In this document: positions 10,475 to 18,404 of the stretch, piece by piece
Layout of the letters: the number at the start of each line of letters is the position of its first letter
Position numbering within the stretch: the stretch's first letter is position 1
Assembly: GCF_006345805.1 (NCBI RefSeq)
Contig: NW_021824464.1
Coordinates: forward strand, 1 to 18,404
Source of the DNA: Octopus sinensis
Lineage: Eukaryota
DNA: 18,404 nucleotides
Direction of reading: 5' to 3'
Made by a program: the position numbers and the translations under genes
The notes under the pieces: model-generated
What the model saw: the letters and a program-made list of their open reading frames with translations, nothing else
The model's database searches: none
What the model was told of the DNA's origin: nothing

Positions 10475-10661
10475 TATTGGATAATCTTATGAAAATACTT
10501 TGTCAGGCCAAGAGTTAAATCCAATAGAATTAGCTGCTGTTTTCTTGCAAGCCATGGTGATATCTCATCTCAATAAGATCCGGGTGAAACGCACAGGAAA
10601 TTATTGAATTCTTTAGTTGCGTCCTGCTATTAACACGTACATTTAAAAAAACTGTTACGTA
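10475..10661 (+). repeat. 187-bp direct repeat, right copy
   Basis: See 9906-10092. Confidence 0.95.
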
Positions 10662-11147
10662 TCAACATCTAACGCTAACCGTACCTATGTTCTTTTAAAA
10701 CTGTATCTGTGTATCTATTTGCACTGGTCTGTACAAGTGTATATAAGCGTACATGTATCGACGTATATATGTGCAGATATCTGTGGGCTTGGAAGTACAT
10801 TTATGCACCGGTAAAAGTATTTGTGACTGGTTGTCTGTCTGGATAGGCTGACCGACTCGTGAGCATGCATTAGTTACGTAGATAATATTAAGTGTCCGTT
10901 AAATATAAAAAGAAATAGATACACATGTTAATCAACACAGCCAAGTCAGTGTTGACTACTTTACTGAGTAAATACTAGAGGAATAAACAATACCGCAAGT
11001 GTGTACTTGTAGGTATGTGCGTATATGTCCATGTGTAAGTAGGTGTATATTTGTGTATAGGTAAGTTTGTGTATATGGGTGAGAGTTTCACTCTCTCTAT
11101 ACACACACACACACATACACACACGCACACAAACATATATTAGTGAA

Positions 11148-11423
11148 GATGCGTGGCTTAGTGGTTAATGTATTCGCCGTGTCCTTGAGCAAGACACTTT
11201 ACTTCACGTTGCTCCAGTCCACCCAGCGAGCAAAACTGAGTTGCACCGGTAAGTGAAAGGGTCAGGCTTGTTGCATTCTGTGTCACGCTGAACCTCCCTG
11301 AGAACCACGTCAAGGGTACGTGTATCTGTGAAGTGCTCAAAAGCTTGCTCGTTAATTTCACGTGTAGGCTGTTTCGTTGATCGAATCAACTAGAACACAC
11401 GTCATCGTAATCCACAGAACGTC
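11148..11423 (+). mobile_element. Old tRNA-derived SINE family C: truncated head, CORE-like centre, 3' half shared with family B
   Basis: gcgtggcttagtggtta (A box); gtgtccttgagcaagacactttacttcacgttgctccagtcc (CORE-like domain start). Then tgtgtcacgctgaa..gagaac.acgt.aagggtac..tctgtg.agtgctca..cgttaatttcacg..ggctgtt.cgttgatc, homologous to SINE B at 8040-8150. Confidence 0.75.
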
Positions 11424-11476
11424 AGTTATACATACATACATATATACATACATACATATATACATACATACATACA

Positions 11477-11717
11477 ATGGATTTACAACTTCAATATCCC
11501 TACATATCTTGCATCTATTTTCTTTCCTCCACCTCACTCTCTATTTTGTATCACATTTAAACTAACTATTACTTAACCATCTTCTCACACCGTCTCCGAT
11601 GAAGGGATATAATTAATAAATATCCTAGAAACAGCTGTAAAACCTTCTATCTATAAATGCTCTAATATCTACACAGCCTTGGGTTTTTTATCTTATTACG
11701 CAAAAAATTCTTATATA
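11477..11717 (+). repeat. ~240-bp repeat with a hammerhead-like motif, copy 1 (Penelope pseudo-LTR (pLTR) or retrozyme-like)
   Basis: Direct repeat of 12109-12342; contains ccgtctccgatgaagggatat..atatcctagaaacagctgtaa. Confidence 0.8.
11592..11644 (+). ncRNA. Minimal type I hammerhead ribozyme-like motif
   Basis: gtct-CCGAUGA-stem II (agg(g)atat/atatcct)-a-GAAA-palindromic stem III acagctgt; GUA site with predicted cleavage after 11639. Core position 4 is C rather than the canonical U, and stem I has a mismatch. Confidence 0.55.
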
Positions 11718-12108
11718 CCTACATACATATATATGTAGCACTGGTATCTGCAAAGGGAGGCCATCCTTCCCTCGTCAACCTAAGTGATACGCACGGACTG
11801 CAGTTTCTAGGTATTGACCTATCCTCAGCGTACGACAATCACAGGTTTTCGTTCAGAGATTTATTATTTCTTATCTTTGTTCTCTCATTTTCTCTTTTTT
11901 CTCTTCTTTTTCTCTTTCTTCATTCCTCTCTTCCTGTTTTCGATTTGACCCTACTAACACACTCCTATTTTTAGGTCACTTTAAATAAAACCCTTGATTC
12001 AATAACACTGTGTATAAACTCTATACTTGGAATGACCAATTTTAAATACTATTGGAATTTACTCATAACTTATAGGAATATTATATGTATACGTTTCTGC
12101 CTAAAAAA

Positions 12109-12342
12109 ATGGATCTACAAATGCAATATATCCCTACATATCTCACATCTATTTTCTTTCCTCCACCTCACTCTCTATTTTATATCTTATCTAAATTAAC
12201 TATTTCTTAAACCATCCTCTCACACCGTCTCCGATGAAAGAATATAATAAATATCCTAGAAACAGCTGTAAGATCTATCTATAAATGTTCTAAAATCTAC
12301 ACAGCCTTGGTTTTTTATCTCATTACGAAAACATTTTTATAT
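12109..12342 (+). repeat. ~235-bp repeat with a hammerhead-like motif, copy 2
   Basis: Direct repeat of 11477-11717. Confidence 0.8.
12227..12274 (+). ncRNA. Minimal type I hammerhead ribozyme-like motif
   Basis: gtct-CCGAUGA-aagaatat aataa atatcct-a-GAAA-cagctgUA|agat. Stem I gtct/agat pairs; stem II is weakened. Confidence 0.55.
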
Positions 12343-12830
12343 ATATACATATTACATACACACACACACGCACATATATATTTATATATTCATACATATA
12401 TATGATTATATGTACGTGTATGACTTCATATATATATAATGTTTACGTATGCGACTTCATATATATATATATATATATATATAATTGTGTGTGAGTGTGT
12501 GTGTGCATATATAATTTGTGTTAATAAATATATGTATATTCACGTGTATCTACAAGGACGTATATATGCATATGTGTATATCATCTATATATATGTATAT
12601 ACATATGTGTATATAGTGTGCATATGTATGGCTGCCCACGTGTGTATATGTCATTATATATGTGTGTATATATGCCAGCATGTCCATGTGTACATATATA
12701 CATATATACATATATATACATATATACATATATACATATATATACATATATATACATATATATACATATATATACGTATATACATATATGCGTGCGCGCG
12801 TTTATACACAAACACACACACACACACAAA
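12343..12830. repeat. Compound TA/CA/TG low-complexity tract including (TACATATA)n
   Basis: Direct reading; produces the cluster of YIYI/HIYI ORFs at 12439-12934. Confidence 0.93.
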
Positions 12831-12988
12831 AGCAAATACACATCAAATTTTATGTACCTTCAATGCAGCTGTCTCTCATAAAATGTTATAACACATTTAT
12901 ATTAAAACTTGATTCGTTATTTGCCTTAGCTTGATAAGTTAGCCTTGCATTCATGCAGGAAGCACCAGTGATGTGCACTTTAGCACAA

Positions 12989-13052
12989 ACAACAACAACA
13001 AAAACAATAATAATAATAATTATTATAATCATAATAATAATAATCAATAATA
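12989..13052. repeat. (CAA)n grading into (TAA)n
   Basis: Direct reading. Confidence 0.9.
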
Positions 13053-13091
13053 AATCTCAGAGCGAGTTATAAACAGTAGCTAGAGCACATC

Positions 13092-13281
13092 GTGACGTAT
13101 ATTTGCCATTTAAATATAGCTAACCCCTAAGGGTGGATGCTACTGTAGTTTGTTGCCCCAGGAGGACCTCTTCCAGCTGGCTATAGACACACTTTCTGGA
13201 GGAGGTGTCCTCCTGGGGTTACAAACTACAGTAGCATCCACCCTCAGGGTTAGCCATATTTACATGGCAAATATACGTCAC
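13092..13281. mobile_element. 190-bp near-perfect palindrome (MITE-like or foldback element) inside a TAA array
   Basis: Arms 13092-13176 and 13196-13281 are reverse complements with an 18-bp perfect terminus gtgacgtatatttgccat, about 6 mismatches and 2 indels overall, and a 19-nt loop. The palindrome is certain; mobility is inferred. Confidence 0.7.
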
Positions 13282-13349
<68 letters not shown>

Positions 13350-13480
13350 TAATAATAATAATAATGATAATAATAATAATAATAATAATGATAATAATAA
13401 TAATGATATAATAATAATAATAATGATAATAATAATAATAATATAATGATAATAATAATAAGATAATAATAATAATGATA

Positions 13481-13516
<36 letters not shown>

Positions 13517-13608
13517 TGATAATAATAATAATAATAATAAAATAATAATAATAATAATAATATAAAATAATAATAATAATAATGATAATGATAATAATAA
13601 TAATAATG

Positions 13609-13644
<36 letters not shown>

Positions 13645-13715
13645 TAATGATAATAATAATAATGATAATGATAATAATAATAATAATGATAATAATAATA
13701 ATAATAATAATAATA

Positions 13716-13762
<47 letters not shown>

Positions 13763-13840
13763 TAATATAATAATAATAATGATAATAATAATAATATAAT
13801 AATAATAATAATAATAAAATATAATAATAATAATAATAAT
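13282..13840. repeat. Long (TAA)n microsatellite with TGA variants
   Basis: About 560 bp; source of the poly-Asn and poly-Ile/Leu/Tyr ORFs. Confidence 0.98.
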
Positions 13841-15824
13841 GTACGCTTTCCTTGAACAAAACTCTATCCTGCCACAAGCTCAAAAAGGTTGTAAAAGAAA
13901 CTCTTATGGGTGCAAAGACCAATTGCTCATAAACAGAATGATTGTAGAGAATTGCCGGAGCAAAAACAAAAACCTGAGTATGGCATGGATAGACTACAGG
14001 AAAGCGTTTGACAGTGTCCCACATAAATGGATACTCAAGGCCCTTGAGATATACAAGATCTCTCCTGTCGTCTCAAAATTCTTAGAGAATAGCATGACCA
14101 TGTGGAACACACGTCTCTTTCTAAGCTATAGTAATGGGATGAGCCAGTCCAACAGCATCAACATCAAACGAGGCATCTTTCAAGGTGACTCCCTCTCTCC
14201 ATTACCTTTTTGCATGGCACTGATCCCACTCTCAAACGAATTGGATAGTACCAGATATGGGTACAAAGTTTTTAGTAAGTTAATAAACCACCTTTTCTAT
14301 ATGGACAACCTAAAGTTGTTTGCCAGGAATGACCAAGAGCTAGAAGGGCTGCTAACAACTGTTAAAGAGTTTAGCAATGATATCGGAATGAATTTTGGCT
14401 TTGATAAGTGTGCTAAAGCAACTTTTGTAAGAGGCAAGCTCAGGCAAACAGCTTCTGTTAAATTAGATATTGACACTACCATCAAGGAACTTGACCCACA
14501 AGAAAGTTACAAATACCTAGGAATCAACGAAGGAGATGGTATACATCATGCTACTATGAAGGAAAAAATAAGAAAGGAATACTATAGGAGAATAAGGCTT
14601 GTACTGAAGACTGAACTCAACTCCAAAAATTGCATTGAGGTCATTAACACCCTGGCGCTTCCAGTAGTCCAGTACAGTTTTAACATCATTAACTGGAACC
14701 TTACGGAACTCCAACGCTTGGACAGGAAGACAAGAAAATTACTGACATCCAAGAGCATGCACCACCCTAAGGCAGATGTAAACCGCCTGTACCTACCTAG
14801 AAGCAGCGGGGGGAGAGGAATGATGCAATTAGAGCTGTGCTATAAGACCTCTACTGTAGGAATGAACAGGTAACTATCTAGTACAAAGGACTGGATGCTG
14901 CGACTTGTGTGCGAACACGAAAGCAGCAATAAGCTGCATTCTATTGTCAAGGAAGCCTATAAGTTCGAAAGGGAACTAGACATTAACCTTGAATCAGATG
15001 AAGAGCCGGAAACCACTGCTACCAAGCAAGCAAAGCGAATCAAGCAGACTGCAAAAAAAGAACGGCAGAATCAAATTGAGAGGCGGTGGAGCCAGAAGCC
15101 CCTGCATGGACAATATATTCTCCGAAGCCAAAATGCTGATGTAGACCAAGCAACAACCCATCAGTGGCTGAAGAGTTCTGGATTGAAAGCAGAGACTGAA
15201 GGCTTCATAATGGCAGCACAAGATCAAAGCTTGTTTACCAGAAATTACCAGGCTAAATGCAGATTCTGCGACACATTTGACGAAACGATAGACCATCTCG
15301 TTTCGGGATGTCCTGTGCTGACACCAAACGAATACAAAAATCGCCACGATAGGGTAGGACAGTATATACATTGGAAGATATGTAAATACTACAAATTCGA
15401 CACTCCTGCTAACTGGTATGAACACCATCCTCAGCCAGTTGTTGAAGGTAAGGATGTCACCGTCCTCTGGGATTTTTCAGTCAACACTGACAGAACGATC
15501 AAGGCTAATCGACCAGACATAATTGTTAAAGACAGAGAAGAAAATACCTGCAGACTAATAGAGGTAAGCGTCCCCACTGATAAAAATGTATCTGTAAAGG
15601 AATTTGACAAACTTAGTAAATATAAGGACCTGGAAATCGAAATACAAAAGATGTGGAATCTTAAAACAAAAACTGTTCCTGTTATTGTAGGTGCCCTAGG
15701 TATGATAAAAAAGGGATGTCAGAAACACCTAGACAATATCCCTGGAGAACCATGTCTCAAGGAAATCCAAAAGATTGTGCTAACAAGTACTGCCCACATC
15801 CTTAGAAAAACCCTATCAATGTAA
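13839..15824 (+). pseudogene. Reverse transcriptase-zinc knuckle-restriction-like endonuclease ORF with one in-frame stop
   Basis: RT motifs QKGCKR, WIDYRKAFDSVPH, RGIFQGDSLSPL, HLFYMDNLKL, FGFDKC, YKYLG. TAA at 14871-14873, then the same frame continues (LSSTKDWMLRLV). Downstream: CRFCDTFDETIDHLVSGC, RHDRV, LWDF, RPDIIV, IEVSVP, KLSKYKDL. Confidence 0.93.
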
Positions 15825-15978
15825 ATGTTTGTGTTTGTATTACATGGAGATATTTCTCTACTTCCCCTCCCCAAGCTTTCAGCTATATTTCAACAACTCT
15901 TAACCTTCACTTGTCCTAGGGCGCTGGGTGTGCCCCGGCAAGTGATTGCATCAAACATGCAGATTAAAAGTAAATGAC
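13839..15978 (+). mobile_element. Dong/R4-like RLE non-LTR retrotransposon, copy C (5'-truncated within RT)
   Basis: RT, zinc knuckle and RLE domains, followed by a ~150-nt 3' UTR ending in (TAA)n; the 5' end abuts (TAA)n. Confidence 0.92.

Positions 15979-16011
<33 letters not shown>
15979..16011. repeat. (TAA)n tail or target of copy C
   Basis: Direct reading. Confidence 0.95.
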
Positions 16012-16012
<1 letters not shown>

Positions 16013-16013
16013 T

Positions 16014-16490
16014 TTGAGTTGTAGCAAGATATTGATCTCTACAAAGGTGAACTCTAGCCGTAAAGTAGGTAGAAAAACTTGCAATTGTCGAATCTCCCAA
16101 CTCTGCCCTCATGGAGGTTTGTGTCTGCGTAAAAATGAACTCTACAAGTGCTACGTTATAACGCCAGGCTCCCACCAAGCAAGGGTCTATATCAGAGGCA
16201 CTGTTGGTTTCAAGCGCCGCTACTGTGCACACATGAATTCTTTTACTAATCCAATCTCCAAATTATCTACCTCCTTAGTAACTTATATATACAACCTCAA
16301 ATGTCGAAATATTCTCTATACTCTATCCTGGTCCATCGTAAATGAGGATCCTCCATACAACGCAAACATCGGTATTTGTAAATTATGTTTAAGAGAATCG
16401 ACAACCATACTTAATAGATTCTCAGATTTAATACTGTCTTGTAAACACAGGTTCTACTCACCATTTGCTCATTTAATTAAGTCTATGTAA
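16014..16490 (+). pseudogene. Degenerate GIY-YIG endonuclease domain of a Penelope-like element
   Basis: CNCR....CP..G.CL, (E)LY..V, YIRGT (YIG degenerate), FKRRY..H..SF, ST.L..YIYNLK, W.IV, Y.....C.LCL.E, LNR.SDL..SCKH. This motif series is typical of Penelope-like element (PLE) GIY-YIG domains with the Cys-rich N-terminal motif. The RT is absent. Confidence 0.8.
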
Positions 16491-17110
16491 TCCCATAACT
16501 ATAATTATCCTTAATTAAAATTAACCTTGAGGTACGACTAGGTCAGCTTAGCAACTTACCATATCAACTAGTACCGCCCTTCGTATTAGACAATTCCTTC
16601 TCATTTTACCTTTGCAAATTCCTCTAACGCACCACATCTCACCTCCTTATAACCTCTTCATCCTTACAAATAGTATTCTTTTCCTCCTCTCATTCTCCTC
16701 TTCAACTAAAAACACTTAATACTACCCCACTCAATTAGAGGCCGCTCTCTCCCTCTCTATTCAATTCCCTCTATTCAATTTCATGCACCTCCTTATACTT
16801 CAGTACTCCCCGCCAATACCAACCCACTTTCATTATTCTATTAACCATTGCTATCTTGAACACCAACTCACCCCCCAATTTTGTCCACCTCCCTATAAAT
16901 TCTCTCATACCTTTCTACATACTTTAGTAATCTCCCTCTACCACTGAACTAGACATTTCACCTTTCTCAAATAATTGCCATTCCTATATTCATTATCTCA
17001 AATTCCAATAATTCCATTGCCATTATCCCTAAACTTTGACCCCTAAACACAAATCCAACACGACTCGCTACCATTCAAATGCTATTTTCCTACCCCCCCC
17101 CTATTCATCT

Positions 17111-17492
17111 CCGTGGAGGCGCAATGGCCCAGTGGGTAGGGCAGCGGACTCGCGGTCAGAGGATCGCGGTTTCGATTCCCAGTATTGTGAGCGTTTATTG
17201 AGCGAAAACACCTAAAGCTCCAGGAGGCTCCGGCAGGGGATGGTGGTGAACCCTGCTGTACTCTTTCACCACAACTTTCTCTCGCTCTTTCTTCTTGTTT
17301 CTCTTGTACCTGTATTTCAAAGGGCCAGCCTTGTCACACTCTGTGTCACGCTGAATCTCTTCGAGAACTACGTTAAGGGTACACGTGTCTGTGGAGTGCT
17401 CAGCCACTTGCACGTTAATATCACGAGCAAGCTGTTCCGTTGATCGTATCAGCTGGGACCCTCATCGTCGCAACCGACGGAGTGCTCCTTTT
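17111..17492 (+). mobile_element. SINE family B with a 9-bp TSD
   Basis: Head ggaggcgcaatggcccagtgg; TSD tattcatct at 17102-17110 and 17493-17501; small deletion after the B box. Confidence 0.92.
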
Positions 17493-17640
17493 TATTCATC
17501 TGCTAACTCTCCACCTCTTCTACCACTTCCCTTAGTATCTTCATTATTAACTCCTCAATCTTCCTGAACTAGCTTTTCTCCTCTCACCATTCCCTGTCTT
17601 AATAACCCCCATAACCCCACCGACCTTCCCATTTCTCCCC

Positions 17641-17804
17641 AGGCGTTGGAGTGGCTGTGTGGTAAGTAGCTTGTTTACGAACAACATGGTTCCGGGTTCA
17701 GTCCTACTGCGTGGCACCTTGGGAAAGTGTCTTCTACTATAGTCTCGGGTCGACCAAAGCCTTGTGAGTGGATTTGGTAGACGGAAACTGAAAGAAGCCC
17801 GTCG

Positions 17805-17865
<61 letters not shown>

Positions 17866-18104
17866 TCTGTGTGTCTGTGTCTGTGTGTGTGTATGTCTGT
17901 GTGCCTGTGTTTGTCCCCACCAACATCGCTTGACAACCGATGCTGGTGTGTTTACGTCCCCGTAATTTAGCGGTTCGGCAAAAGCTACCGATAGAATAAG
18001 TACTGGGCTTACAAAAGAATAAGTCCTGGGGTCGATTTGCTCGACTAAAGGCGGTGCTCCAGCACGGCCACGGTCAAATGACTGAAACAAGTAAAAGAAA
18101 AAAA
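17641..18104 (+). mobile_element. SINE family A (second subfamily) with an expanded internal (TA)(TG) tract
   Basis: aggcgttggagtggctgtgtgg...gactgaaacaagtaaaag. Confidence 0.92.
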
Positions 18105-18165
18105 TATAGCGCTTTACATTTAATCATTCCTTCTTTGAACTTCTCTGCATTAAGATCTGAAATGT

Positions 18166-18299
18166 AAGATCGTTCTACTCTGATGACGGAGTCTCGTTGA
18201 TTGTATCCATTACGACCACATTTTGAGATGAACACCTTCTACCAACATTATTATGGATGTCCGAGTCCCCAGAAACAGCTGTTAGACTTATAACATCTT
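18166..18299 (+). ncRNA. Type I hammerhead ribozyme-like motif with a long stem II insertion
   Basis: CUGAUGA at 18180-18186 and GAAA at 18272-18275; palindromic stem III acagctgt; GUU site at 18281-18283. Stem II pairs gga..ctcg with cgagtcc and atccat with atggat. Stem I pairs aagat.gtt..ct with ag..aac.atctt. Confidence 0.55.
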
Positions 18300-18404
18300 T
18301 TTTCCACCCCTTTGATTTTCTCTGCCGTTTGTACTCTAAGTTGGGCCTTATATGTTTATGCTTAAAAACTGATCATCTGAAACGTCCACCTTTTGCTTTC
18401 TCTC

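Larger units (their letters stand above)
16012..18404 (+). mobile_element. Penelope-like element 3' remnant (endonuclease, C/T-rich 3' region, hammerhead-like motif), interrupted by two SINEs
   Basis: The GIY-YIG fragment is followed by strongly C/T-skewed sequence that continues on both sides of the SINEs (16491-17110, 17502-17640, 18105 onward) and reaches a hammerhead-like motif at 18180-18283. The right boundary is uncertain. Confidence 0.55.

Noticed and set aside
13056-13082. Weak resemblance between the foldback leader (agagc..gttataaa) and the R4 copy A 3' end (agagcacgctataaaa)
   Set aside because: Short and AT-rich, so it cannot be distinguished from chance by eye; it needs a consensus-level alignment.
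13150-14024. Poly-Asn ORF (13150-13446) and the 248-aa poly-Ile/Leu/Tyr ORF (13278-14024, minus)
   Set aside because: Readings of the (TAA)n array and the antisense strand of the RT.

Overview
AT-rich eukaryotic repeat-dominated DNA with no recognisable host gene. The SINE and LINE families and the long TA/TAA microsatellites look like an octopus (coleoid cephalopod) genome; this is an inference from recalled repeat families. The window holds three retroelement lineages, all degenerate. (1) Dong/R4-like RLE non-LTR elements: a minus-strand copy at 654-2867 and a plus-strand copy at 13839-15978 with a premature stop and YMDD changed to YMDN. Both sit in (TAA)n arrays in the same relative orientation. 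(2) A HERO-like RLE 3' fragment at about 9025-9450. (3) A Penelope-like GIY-YIG remnant from 16014 with a long C/T-rich 3' region. About 16 copies or fragments of three tRNA-headed SINE types (called A, B and C here) are scattered throughout. The most interesting signals are three hammerhead-ribozyme-like motifs sharing a palindromic stem III (gaaACAGCTGT), a 190-bp near-perfect hairpin and a ~557-bp non-coding element occupying TAA arrays next to the R4 copies, a SINE flanked by a 187-bp direct duplication, and several template-switch or duplication junctions. Most ORFs in the supplied track are artefacts of microsatellites or SINEs. All alignments and mismatch counts were done by eye.
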